Positions 12,277 through 25,758 of a DNA stretch of 64,000 bases are shown piece by piece. Below the pieces are notes generated by a model that saw only the letters and a program-made list of their open reading frames with translations, did no database searches and was not told the DNA's origin. How positions within the stretch are numbered: position 1 is the stretch's first letter; the number at the start of each line of letters is the position of its first letter. A program made the translations under genes and the position numbers. Source of the DNA: Octopus sinensis (taxonomy: Eukaryota); the NCBI RefSeq assembly GCF_006345805.1, contig NC_042998.1, positions 65,410,001-65,474,000 on the forward strand. Direction: 5' to 3'.

Positions 12277-12719
12277 TTGTTGAATTTCTGCTCCTTTTAA
12301 ATAAATAAATAAATAAATATGTGTGTGTGTGTGCGTCCGTTTACATATATATAATAGTGAGGGATTATTAATCCGGGCAAAATATACTTTGAAAGCCTTC
12401 TGTTGGTACACCAGGCTAACAAAATTATATTAGTGAAGTACTCCAAGTAAGATTTTAATAGGGTCGCAAGTTATGGTTCATCACAATTCTATATTGTAAA
12501 TCCGTGGATGGGCTCCAGGCAAACTGGTTTTTACAGCAAGATATTTAAGAAACAGTTTTAAAATTATTGTCATTACATGTTATTTCTTCATTAGAGCATA
12601 TTTGGCTTACATCTGTTTCCCGTAGTCATAATACTACAATATTGATAAGTTACAATCCTGATAAGTTTACACAAGTTGTGTATTGATCATTTAAGGTAAA
12701 TTGGACGACCCACGAATAT

Positions 12720-12862
12720 TAATGATGCTTACGTCAGAATCATTGCTGGAAATAACCGGCATAGCACTTTGATTATGGCTATTGTATGAGGAAGCTGGGG
12801 AAGATTGAGATGTAGATCAAGGCAGTTTACAAGAGGGTCAGAGCAAATAAGGGTGTGGTACT

Positions 12863-12944
<82 letters not shown>

Positions 12945-13250
12945 TGTAGTAGTGTTTTATTGCCAAATTTGGAAGAGACACAATCGCCAGCATATCACCA
13001 TATTAACATCGGATATAGGTCAGATATTCTCCAGCCGATCTGTTAAAATTTGGTATGGGTCTTGATATGGGCTACTAAGTACCACCCTCTCAATTGCTTC
13101 CTCTCTCTTGTAAAGTCCCTTCAGATATTCTACTTAAACATTCCAATCTTACCCCACTTTCCCCATACAATAGCCATTTTTCAAGTGCTTTGCTTGTTTA
13201 TTTCCAGCAATGGTTCTGACGAAAGTAGCATTAATTTTCTTAAGCAGTAT
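12720..13250. repeat. diverged inverted repeat pair flanking a (GTA)n tract
   Basis: +12725-12866 aligns with the minus strand of 13070-13240 (shared gtcagaa.cattgctggaaataa, atggctattgtatg, tttacaagag, gtggtacttagtag). Confidence 0.65.
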
Positions 13251-14059
13251 TGGAGCAAAATACCAATCTGTATCTCCTACTGTAAAAAATGTATATTCTT
13301 AAAATTCTGCTAAATAACGGTATTAATCTCCATAGAACAAAACACACGCACACACACACATGGGCACACATACTCACACACTCACTCATTCACTCACTCA
13401 CACACACACACATACACTTGTATGTCAGCAGTAGCCGAACACTGTTCAATAAGACTCTAGCAATTCTAAGTATGAATTTTTTCATCGTCTGTAGCAAATA
13501 TCCACTGGCACCGGAAGCTTAACTAAATATTGACCGCCATCATTAAACAGAGAATGAAACAACGTAGCTGTTGCATCTATCTGACAGGTTGAATAAAATT
13601 TAGCTTTTAGGAACGGAAACTGTATTAATTCAAAGTAGCTAACTCTATAACGTACTTAACACAAATTTTTTTTTTTTCTAAAAAAGTGTCTTAATGCTTT
13701 ATTCGTTCCGAAAAAGCATCCGTTTTAGACGAGGTTTCTGTTTATACTATAATCCCTGACCACCCAATAGCTTGCGAATGAATACTGTAGACCGAATCAA
13801 TGCGGAAGCCCATCCCATATTCCTGTGTGTGTGTGTTTACTGAGTGCAGAAAAATTAGTTTGTCAGTTCGCTTCGTTGCCATGCAGCACAAAATTCATAC
13901 AATCTTCGGCAAAGAAACAAAATGTCCCAAATTAAACAATATTTATTCATGACTGGAAAAACTCAGTCAATAGTTATTATGAACTATCATTATCATTATC
14001 ACACCCTTGCATAATCATGTATTAGCATATGCACTATATATATATATATATATATGAGT

Positions 14060-14240
14060 GAAACACCTAAGTCCCTCGCGGCTTCAGTAGTAGGTAATGG
14101 TGACTTCTGTTGACTCTTTCACCACAAGCTTCTTTCACTCTTTCCTCGTGCATATAGCGGCGAACCGGCGTTCCGTCAAGGTGGGGAACATATACGCCAA
14201 TGACACTTGGAAACAGGCCCATCTGAGCCATGCTCAATAG
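14060..14240 (+). mobile_element. decayed SINE related to the 22592 copy (family 4 variant)
   Basis: ctctttcaccacaagcttctttcactcttt and ggcgttccgtc motifs are shared with 22740-22880. Confidence 0.45.
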
Positions 14241-17021
14241 AGTTACGTACAAACATATTTAACATAATGTACATTCAGTCACGTGATGGCTATGACTTGT
14301 TAAAAATAGTTGCGCACAACTATATTACAAACAACTGTATAATAGTTGTTTTTTTTTTTTAATTTCTCTAATTTATAAACACATAAAACAGGTAGACACA
14401 CATATACAAATGCACAATTAGAATTCTTTTCTTAAAAATGCAGTAAATTGCTAATTTTTAAATAAAAGTTATAGGTTTCTGTAGGAAATTGAAACTTGCC
14501 ACTTCTTTACTGTATCGGATTGACTTAGGCTTAATGCTGTCGCTATGTTTATTTTTTTGCTTTTCTTGTTTTATTTTTTCGAAATTAATCGCGCAATGTG
14601 TAGAATCTAAATATGAGAGAGAGAGGGAGGAGGGGAAGAGGGAGAGAAAAGTACAAAGAAAAAATGTTTGCCTCAATACAATTAAACAGACAAATAAATA
14701 ATTGTATCACCATTGTGAACTGTGAGAATTTTAAATGGCCAGCTGCAGTTATGAAATGAAATAATATGTTTGATCATGATTTTGTTTGGAAAATAATAAT
14801 TCTGTTGATTATATTTGCATTTAATTAATGTCTAGATTGAAAAGAAAGATTAAATAAACAGCATTATTTTAATTGATTTTTGTGAGTATCATTTGTGTCT
14901 TAGGCCATTTTATGTAATTATGACACCATAAGTGATAATTCTATAACATGGTTTACACCATCAGTGATAGCTATATAACAAGATTTACACTGAGAATACA
15001 TCGGTGAATATCTTCGCAAATATTTTATTAAATAATTACAATAATACAATAAACTTCCCTTGCTAGAATATGTCTCCCGAAATAGTGCAAAGCACATTCA
15101 TGTACTTAAATGTTAAAGTGGCGATTCTCATAATATTGGAGCTTCTCGTCGTGTAACTGTTCCGATTAAAATAGTAGTTGTGGTTAGGGACATGAAGAAT
15201 TACTAAGTCGTTTAGATTTTGTGCTGGGTTTGTCGTTCGTTAAGTTCGTCATCACGGTACTTTTTAGCAGAAGTTTCCAATCAGTACGTATTCAGTTATC
15301 AAACCTGCTAATATTGAATATGATATTAGTATGTGTATAATATGTAAGCTTCATATTGAAGGCAAAGCTACAATTATTATGTTAAATACATATATTTCAA
15401 GTGCTTCGTTAATGTATATCTTTCCTGGTCACCTCTGCATTGTATTTCTCATTTGTCATAAAATGCAAATAGCGTTTTTCACACGGTAGAATTTTATTGA
15501 ACATGATATAACGATGCATATTCATGTAATGACGTCGATAATGTCAATTGTATTTGCACCAAAATCATAAATAAACATGAAAGTGTAGTAGAAACGTTGA
15601 AAGAACAAAGCAAATGCATTTTATTGGGAACCATGGACATACTTAAGAAATGAAATGGACGAAGCCTATAAACTGTATCTGAGATAAGGAATTTCAGGAG
15701 AGAAAACGGATCGACAATTACAAGTGCAAGAAGTAACGAGATGAAGCCTATAAACAAGAAGTCGGAATTTGGTTTATTGATCAAATAACTATAATTCAAA
15801 TGCAAAAAAAATAAACAAACGTCATCTCCCGCACATGGTACTATCAATAAAATAACTCAAAGAAAAAACAATATAGGGGAATTAAAAGCAAATAAGAGAA
15901 AATCCATCGCTAATAAATGTGAAAGGAAACTCCTTTAACCTTCATAGACACCCAGCACATTTCGTAGGTCATGCCATAAGAAATTTTATGAGAGAAATAA
16001 AGCTTATTGTTACACATGTTAAAAACAAAAAAATAAAAGCAAGTATTTTTCGGTTCCTTTTCAAATGGTAAAGCACTAGCTCGACTATTTACCAGCAGAA
16101 ATATGGGAACAGAGGAGCTCATGGATCAATATGTGGATGCGTGTGATAAAACTTCAAACAAGAAAGCTACGTACAGGGAGAAGCATTGATGTATACCGAT
16201 CCAAATGAAGGAAATCTTGGATAAACTTAACAATACAGAACCATTCATTTACCGGTAATTGCAGTGAATACATACAGCAAGCATTACTTTTAAGAATAGG
16301 CCTCCATTAGATGTATTTTTATAAAATAACTAAATTGTTTTCACACAGGAAAGTCAACATTATATCAAATTTAAATCGTATTGAAGGTACCAAAGGTCAG
16401 AACCTGAACGATGATATATCGTTTATAGACGTTCAAACCGTTTTCTATGTAAATCAGCAAAGCGATACGGATGCGGATGTGCACAGTATTTAGTAATTCC
16501 GGGATGATCATAGATCGAATGGGTATACTGTCCAGATATAGAGTTGCTCATGACTTCCTAACTGATAGTATTGTAAATTTCTTTGAGATACTGTCAGGCG
16601 AACTATTCGTTGCAAATTTCTCGATCAGTTTTGCCTTCACCTACCTATTATGTATTGCATCATCAAACACTTGAGAAACATGTTTACAAATACCTCCTCA
16701 GATATTCAGATGTCACTCTGCAAGTACTATTACTAATACAATTTACACAGTTGATTTAATTCTTGCATTTAATACCATCAAGTAAGCTTCAATGCGAATT
16801 CGTCGATTTGGCAAACTGCAAACAAATTGTACAGCAGTTGGATATTAGGGACAGAGTTTCTAGCTTTTAGTGAATGAAAAGTAAACATTCAATCATCAAA
16901 TGGTGAGAACTGCAAATGTTTAAATAACTTCAATTATCTGGTATTATGTTTTAACAGCTCAAAGACAAACAGTGGAGTCATATTTCAATTAGCACGGTTA
17001 ACAATGAAAAGTGAACTACAG

Positions 17022-17132
<111 letters not shown>

Positions 17133-17309
17133 CTTCAGTGTAATTATTTGAAAATATAGCTCTCGGAGATTCAGTGGAAAGCAAATTGACACACGGAAGC
17201 AATGGCTAGCATTTGACGATTCTAACAGGAAGCCGACTAAATAGGCATGCACCTAGTAGGAGTGTGAAGGATATTTTCTTGTGATTAATGTTTACAAGAC
17301 AACTATATT

Positions 17310-20040
17310 ACGTGTCACATCAATATAACTTACGGGCATCAGAAGGTTGTTACAACGCAGAAACAGAATCAAAATTCTCTTCCCGAGAGACCTAGTGGCA
17401 TGCAATCAAGCCTTATGCACAGCACTCACTGAATCACACGTAAAACCCGACATCACAGAAGCAGAAATACACGTACCGAAGCATGCATTGACAAGCCACA
17501 GGAAAGAAGCGGTCCATGGTGGATTGCAATGTACATCGGTGGAGGTCACACGCACCAGATGGTTTAGTAATACTAATTCAACATATAAGACAATTCAATA
17601 TAGTCATATATACTAATTATCGGCCACGAGGTGCTACAAATCACATGAGTTTAACTGAAGACTGCCTTGCAAGATTGCAATATGTCTTAACCAAGCTAGA
17701 AAAAAATATTAGCGTAATTCTCATGTGAGACTCCGACCTACTCAATGTAGGATGGTCTGAAGGTCTTTTGGTTTTAGGTATGAGGTGATGGGAAAAAAAG
17801 TCAAGTGCAATCCATGCTCAATGTCACCAACAAGCCATGCACGGAGAAAGTAATATTCCAACAAACCAGTGTAAGCAATATAATTTATCTCTTCTCCACA
17901 AAAATATGGATTTTATCCACGTGAAAGAGATACTGACACTAGTCGTGGATCATAATACAATACAGCTAACCATGTTTGGACTGAAGAGGCCCACAAACAT
18001 GTAGCCTATGAGAAATTATTTAATCTCAACTTCCATAATGCAAGCCATGTATATACTACAACGTTGTCCCAGAGAGAAATACCACTGAACATTAAAAAAA
18101 ACGGCTCATGGATATAAGAAGCGTGTGAAATGCTCATCTGAACAAAAAGAGTAGATAGAAGTGTCCGGGTTATAAAGAATACATAACCAAACCCTAAATC
18201 GTTCTTTAAGTATGGCAAAGTATCTGTCTCTGTAAGTTGTGAGGTAAGGCCACTCCTCGAAAAAGATGGTTCACCCCGGGAAACCCAATGAGGATATGTA
18301 AATATGTGAAACACTCAGAGAACGAAAGTGTTTTCACCTCACTGTGATGGTGCATGCAACTCAGCAAACATGTAGAATTCTTTTTTCAATAAGGAAACAG
18401 TAACCATTGATTACATCACCATCAAAGAAAAGAATGTAATAATGGCAATGCATAAAGTAGACGCAAAATCAGCTACTGAGGCATTGGATTCCCAGCAATC
18501 CTTCTTTAGTCAAGTCATGCAAAGGAGTTCTTACAGAACCACTAAAGCTGCTCTTTCAAAGCTTCCTTGCAAGTGATAAGCTCTGAAGAATAGAATAGTA
18601 TGCCCTGTTCATAAAGGAGGAAGCGGAGCAGATGCTAAATGCTATAGACCTATCTCTCGGACTTCACACGTCAGCAAAGTCATGGAATGAATAATCTAAA
18701 TGAAACAAATTGTATTCCTTGAAGAGAATGATCTGCTGATTAACACCCAGCACAATTTTCGACCATGTAAAAGCTGGCTGACACAGCTCTTTCAGCATTA
18801 TGACTGGGTATTAAAGCAGCTACTCAATAATTTAAACGTGCACATGATATATCTCGACTTTGCAAAACATTTTGATAAAGTCGATCATAGCATGATCCTG
18901 GCATAATTGAAAAACTATATCTACATGACTTTCTAAAAGAGACGAATTCAAGTAGTGGTGGCCAGCGAGGCTACCTCCAAAGAAGCACACATATTGTGTG
19001 TTATTATCTACAGATGACTGTCTTGGAACTACTGCTAATCATAGCTAGCCTTCTCAGACATACCCTTAGCTGCTCAGACATACCCTTAGCTGCTAGTCAC
19101 TCTGTCTAGCAATGCAGATAATGCAAACGTTTTTCAGAAGATACAAGCCCCTGAAAATGGGCTGAGGAAAATAATATGCAGTTTAATACCGAAAATCTCC
19201 AAGTTCCTCGCTACCAACATACAATGCTTAATGAAAACCAAACAGGGTACACTGATCAAGAAGGAATTGTAACCCCTGAATCAAAATATGTGCGCGACAG
19301 AGGCATTGGCATGAGTAATATGGCATCTTTCAGGTGTATATTACTAAGTTGGCAATAAAATGTAGCCTGTTGGCTGCATGGATCCATAGAACAAGAGAAC
19401 AGGAAACCATGAAGGTTCTCTGACGGACACTCTTGTCCACCATATAGATTACTATTCCCAACAGTGATCACCAAAACAGTGTACTAACTAATGACAGAAC
19501 TCGAATCAATGCAGGGAAACTATTTGAAAATCGTATCAGGGTGACATGTTAGTGAGAGAGACTGAAAAATTTAGGACTCTACTCCCTTGAACGAAGGTGG
19601 GAAAGATTTCAAGTGATAAACGTCTGGAAAATCCGAGAACTTGAGTTTCTAAATTTGGTATTGAAAGTTATACAAACAGTAGATTAGGACGATCCTGCGT
19701 ATTTCCCCAAATCCCAAAATTGTCACCAAGGTATAGGACCTAATACTACAACAACTTGGGTTTCAAGGGCCCACAGCCCTTCAATATCCTCCAGCAGAGC
19801 CCAGACAGACGTACCTGGTGTGGGTATAGGTGGTCTTCAAAACAACACTGGATCTCCTCTCGTCGAGTTGTGGATAAATATTCCTCGCGGCTAGAAGCGT
19901 AGATGAGAACAGCAACATCAAACTCCCTCATTCACTAAAATGCCACATATCAGATGAGGTTTAGTGAACGTGTAGCAAAACTAAAGACGGTGCTCCAGCA
20001 TGGCTGCAGCCCTCGAGCTAAGGCTATAAAGTGCCGTCAA
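17310..20040 (+). mobile_element. old, heavily decayed CR1/L2-type LINE (EN+RT), same family as 50481-53346
   Basis: ACNQALCTALTESH (APE), YRPIS, YLDFAKHFDKVDHSMI, a remnant of the LGPLL/YADD region at about 19010-19130, and 3' tail gacggtgctccagcatggctgcagc; many stops and frameshifts. Confidence 0.9.
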
Positions 20041-20201
20041 AACTCGATGGTCTCTGTAGTATTGTGTTATCACAGGAAATATGACTTAGTACATGAAATA
20101 TCACTATAGGAAACATGAACTTTTAGATGAAGGGTCCGACCTTGTCAGTGTGATAGTCAACAGTTACTGGAAGAGGAAGTTTTAAACGGAACTATGTTGT
20201 A

Positions 20202-20238
20202 GAAATGATGAGAGACGGAATCATTCCGAAACGTATTC
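20202..20238 (+). ncRNA. decayed hammerhead-like motif
   Basis: GAA-ATGATGA-[GAGAC]-GGAA(TCA)TTCC-GAAA-C-GTA-TTC; C3 changed to A, and an insertion lies before helix II. Confidence 0.35.
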
Positions 20239-20263
20239 GTATGGCATGCAAAATTGTATATAT

Positions 20264-20307
<44 letters not shown>

Positions 20308-20848
20308 ATTATATATATATATCCGACTGTATGTCGGTGAATGTATTTGGCTAGGTTCTTTGTAAACTCCTCATTGTGTGTGAGTACATATACAGATATA
20401 TATACAGTGCATCAAATTTTGTAACTACTCAGAAATGAAACATCGAAATGCATCAGTATTAGCTCCGTATAATCCCAATTTTCCAGCATTTATATAATAA
20501 ACAGCATTACCGTACATAAATAGTGTTAAACGTAACGTTATATTTCAATTGTTATTGAGGAAGTACACCATGGGAAATCATGTATTCAGTTTTCTTATCT
20601 GCCATTGTTCTGGTGTAAGAAACATGTATTTTGCAAAGAGACAATTCTTATAGCAGCCTGAAATAATTAGCTGTGTCAGAAATACACAATGGAGTAGATA
20701 AAAGGGAGAGCTTGCTTTTTACATATGCATATGTATCTACATTCATGTTTTTAGCAAATGTTTGTACATACGTGAAAGCATCTATTCTTTCAATCTCCCC
20801 CTCTTGCTTTCTTTCACTCTCCGCCTCTCTCACTTTATATATATATAC

Positions 20849-20889
<41 letters not shown>

Positions 20890-20903
20890 ATATATATATA
20901 TAT

Positions 20904-20949
<46 letters not shown>

Positions 20950-21511
20950 TTATTATCTATGCAGTTTACCACTTTCATTGAATTTTGCATTCCTTATTAC
21001 AGCTTATCAACGAAAAAGTTGCAGAGTTAAACTGTAATGCGACAGACAATAATTGTTTAAAGATAGACTAACATTTCGAAATTGGTAACTTTGCAGAATA
21101 TTACGTGTGACGAGATAAACGGAAATATTCAAAAAAATAATAATAATAATAATAAATAAATTAGTTTATGGTTATCACAAAGCATATATTGCACTTATTG
21201 TAGCAACTCAATGAGCATGTGTCTTCTAGGTCATGCATTGTGCAAGTTATAGTAGCAAATTTTCTTAAGAAACACAATCTGCATTTTGATAGATGACATA
21301 TTGGTTAATATCATACAGAGTTTATCTCAAAAATAAAACAAAAGTAAAATAGATATGGCTGTAATATATAAGACACAACTGCATAACCTGAGGAGGGGTG
21401 TTGTTGCTAACGTATATGAGCATGCTTCCTTATTTGATGTTTAACCAAAAATGTATTCAGGAGTGCAATTATATGAAATGTTATACATGGTATTATCAGC
21501 ATAGCTCCTAC

Positions 21512-21607
21512 CATCCCCGGGAGCACTATCTTCATAACGATTTGGGTTAATTTCTTCCATGTTTGCAACCCACAGGATGATTTCCTCTGTACCCGTGTAA
21601 CATGTTG
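21512..21607 (-). CDS. candidate internal exon (96 nt, phase 1-1), unassigned protein
   Basis: Acceptor catcttttcttcag| and donor G|gtagga; open frame TCYTGTEEIILWVANMEEINPNRYEDSAPGD. Confidence 0.35.
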
Positions 21608-22254
21608 CTGAAGAAAAGATGTTACGGAAGGGACGGCATCTGTAGAGGGATGACATTTTAGTGAGGAGTGTTCATTAGAACATATAATGTTACCTCCCCT
21701 GAAGTACTATATATTTACTTTGGTAAACCAGCTTCCGCATTACTTATACATGACGTGCCTTTTACATTTAGCTATCAGACTTTATTTTTCCATGAAATCA
21801 ATGCTTCTTGTTTACTTTGATTACACATTAAGGTTGCATTTTGAGAACCTGTTTATCATATTTTTTTAGGATGTGGTAGATTAGTGTCTGATGTTGTTAA
21901 GAATTTACAAACATGAACTAGTAATGTAAATTTAATATTGATTTAACAGATTATTATGTCAAGTTACAAATTATGGATCTATGTTATGTATTGTTAAATA
22001 ATATTAATACAAAAGATGCACGAGAATTTGTCCCTCCTTAGAATAATTGGTTGTAAACTTTATCTGAATTCTAAAATTCATACGACACTTTTTACAACAG
22101 GCAATAATTTGTAATCACTAATTCGAACAGACAACATAATCTATTTTATTAAACAGTGGAAATGCAATACGCAATGTCATGTCTATCGTCCAAGTTAGAA
22201 TATAGGTAAATATATACATCTGCACCCCTCCCCCGCTTGCAGACGTATTTCCAT

Positions 22255-22445
22255 GCCTGACGAAATGCTTAGAGGTGTTTCAGCTGTCTTTACGTTCAAA
22301 TTACACCGATGTCGATTTTGATTTTTATCGTTTCGAGGTCGAATAGTAAGTGCTACTTGCTGATGTAATCGACTTATTCATTCATAGGTATAACCATAAA
22401 ATAATTCCCTCCTTTGGAAAACCATGTCATACCAGTGTAGAAGGT
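22255..22445 (+). mobile_element. decayed SINE family 3
   Basis: gacgaaatgcttag...ttcgaggtcgaatagtaagt...gatgtaatcgactt. Confidence 0.55.
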
Positions 22446-22591
22446 AATGCTCATCAAATCAGTATGAGCTCAAAATCAAGCTCAAAATCACGATCACCGT
22501 GATTGGTGAAGAAAGCATACCGAACCTGCTGTGAACATAGCATGGAAAATCCAATCCAATCCATTTACATACATGCATACATACGTACGTA

Positions 22592-22890
22592 GGAGGGGCA
22601 ATGGCCCCAGTGGTTAGGGCAGCAGACTCGCGGTCGAAGGATCGCGATTTCGATTCCCAGACCGGGCGTTTTGTGTGTTTATTGAGCGAAAACACCTAAA
22701 AGCTCCACGAGGCTCCAGAAGCGGTGGTGGTGTTCCCTATTGTACTCACTCGCCACAACTTTATCTCACTCTCTCTTCCTGTTTCTTGAGTAACGCTGCA
22801 ATGGACTGGCGTTCCGTCCAGCTAGGGGGAACTCATAAGCCGCAGAAACATGAAAAACGGGCTCATGAGCCGTGCTGGGCTTGAAAAGGG
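22592..22890 (+). mobile_element. tRNA-derived SINE, family 4 head with an alternative 3' half
   Basis: ggcaatggccccagtggttagggcagcagactcgcggtcg...ttcgattccc head; the 3' part differs from the 25372 and 58578 copies. Confidence 0.75.
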
Positions 22891-22957
22891 CGACGTTTAT
22901 CGTCTTATACATACGTACTACGTACGTATGTATGTATGGATCTATGTATGCATGTAG

Positions 22958-23023
<66 letters not shown>

Positions 23024-25371
23024 TGTATGTATGCCAGCGTGTGTATAATCATCTCTCAACTAAATGTACAATTTCATGAACTGAATGCTTTCTGTAGCGA
23101 TCCCATTTAAGTGGATTCTTAATGTCATGAAAATGAGTAAAGAAAAATTTACAAAGTACCTTACGCATAACCAGATCCAGAAAGGAAGGAGAAGCAAATT
23201 TTGACCATGGCTAACGTACAAACTCAAGTTTAGTCAGAAAGTAACGAACTTTTACCGAGGAATATCTGAAAACAGCACTAAATCGCAACAAATGGAGTTA
23301 AATTGCTGCAAATGAAATTGGTGAACTATATAAATATTTTATTTCCTATATATCTGTATAGGAAATACGTAAAAGATAGTATCGAGCGTTTTCACTATAC
23401 ATGTGTGAGAGTTCGTGCTAACGTATGAAGTAGATATAAAAAAAAGAGAAGAGCGACTTTACTCATTTTCCCCAGGTTCTTGTGTACTACTCAGAGGCGT
23501 TTGCATGACTTTCACTAATGCCAGAGAAACAACCTGCTAATCAGTATACGCACTCAATAAATCCAGTCGGTTCAGAGAACTAGAGCTAATATTTGCATAC
23601 CGTGTTTAAGATTTTATTATGTATCAGGGGTCTGTCGACGTGGATCTGCATCTGCATATTATCACGGTATGATATAATATATATAGCGTATGGCGTACAT
23701 ATATAAAAAGGGCAAGTTTATCTATTTCTCCGAATATTGAAAAATGTCGAACAGCTTTTGTGAATCTGATCAGATTCTCCTGAGGGGCGACGGCATTAAT
23801 GTGAATAATTTCAGGAATATAAGTTGCCAATCTGTTTATATACTCAAGAAAACCAGAAACCCAGTAGCTACAGAGAATTGTAAATTCTTCACTGCCTTGG
23901 TATTTTTTATCTCATTCTGTATATATATATATATATAATATATATATATATACAGAGAGAGAGGGAGAGAGAGGGGGGAGAGATATTAGAGAGGGCTATT
24001 CTCTATATCGAAAACACTTCGTAGTGCTCAAGAGATTTGAACTTGAACAAGCAAGGGAGTTTATGTAAGGATAAGCATGTTAGGAAAGGTTATTCACGTA
24101 GAATATTAAATACATTTAATACGAAAAATGAACATATGTAATGCATATACAGTAGTTTGATTTACACAATATAAATGATATCAGGTATTAAAGAGCTGTT
24201 TCTCATGCCTTGGTGGTCTGAAATAATGATAGTTACTTGGTTCCATTATCGGATAATAGCGCCTCCTTCTTCAGGGGAGTATTTTACATTTGAGTTGTTG
24301 GCAGGATGGAGTTTAAAGACAAAATGATCTTGTGAAGAACTAAGTGTATTAGGAACGGGAGTTGGGGTGGTTAGGTAGAAAGCAGAGGAGAAAATAAATT
24401 TCGAGGTTAGGGTTAATAATGAGGCTAGGGATAATAGTAGAGGTGGGAGGTAAAAGGAAGGGTGCTTAAGGTAGTATGTGAATGAGGACTTTTGTGTTAG
24501 TTTGTAAGAAGGCTAGAGAGTCGATGTTTGATATAGTTAAAAGAGATGGTTGTTATTTCAGAGAAATGAGTTGACTGGTTCATTAGTTCAGAGCGGATGA
24601 GATGGTGGTAAAAATTAGTAGTTAGTGCGAAACAGGGAGTGGATGAGTATTAGGGGAGTGTTATGGTGAAGAGAGGAATATGAAATTGAAAAGAATATAT
24701 ACATATTAATTTATTTATGCATACATTAAAGAAAATATATGGGCGTTTCACTGAGCTTCTTATGCATTTTTGTTCACTCTTCTATGAGATTGAAAATAAT
24801 GTATCGTCAACGTAACTCCCCACGCTAACACACAGACAAACATATATTCAAAGAAACACAGACACACACACACAGATACAAACACACACACACTTACACA
24901 TTTTATCATTGAAAACAACACCATTCATTTTCTCACGGTGTTATCACATATAAAATTAGGCACATTTACACACACACGCGCATTCACACTAACACACCTT
25001 TACAAAAATATATCCAAATCCTATATATTTAATCTAATTTTAATTGAACAGTGCCACCTTTGTCCTGGTTCCTAAATATACATTGTTATTCTAATTGTAT
25101 CCATTTAAATTCTAATTTCTCAAATAAATATTTTCGGTTTCTCAAACATTCGGTCATTTATAACTGGATAGAGAAGCATCGGAATTTACGAAAGCATTGG
25201 CCGTTTTCTTATGAATCAACTTCAAATTTCACTTCTTAAATAAACATTTAAATTAATATTTTCACAATCCAACACACTTCTAATTTATGACTAAGCATAA
25301 AATAATACGCATATGCTGGAGATCAATATCGACAATTCTCTTAATACTCACACAAACGTATGTTAAAATCT

Positions 25372-25758
25372 GTGGAAGCGCAATGGGCCCACGGTTAGGG
25401 GAATAGACTCGCTGTCGTAGGATCGGGGGGTTTCGATTCTAAGACCGAGCATTGTTAGTGTTTATTGAGCTAAATCACCTAAAGCTCCTTGAGCACGGGC
25501 ATGGAGTGGAGGAGAACTCTGCTGTACGCTTTCGCCACATGTTTCTCTCACTCTTTCTTCCAGTTTCTTTTGTACCTGTATTTCAAAGGGCCAATCTTGT
25601 CACACTCTGTTTTACGCTGAATCTCTCCGAGAACTACGTTAAGGGCACACGTGTCTGGGGTGTGCTCAGCCACTAGCACGTAAATTTCACCAGCAGGCTC
25701 TTCCGTTGATATGATTAACTGGAACCCTCGTCGTTGTAACCGACGGAGTGCGACGAAT
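25372..25758 (+). mobile_element. tRNA-derived SINE family 4, with 14-bp TSD
   Basis: TSD gtatgttaaaatct at 25358-25371 and 25759-25772; tRNA-like head. Confidence 0.9.

Larger units (their letters stand above)
12158..12305. repeat. near-perfect palindrome: 71-bp arms, 6-nt loop, 2 mismatches
   Basis: Arm 12158-12228 is the reverse complement of 12235-12305; mismatches at 12249 and 12293. Confidence 0.95.
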
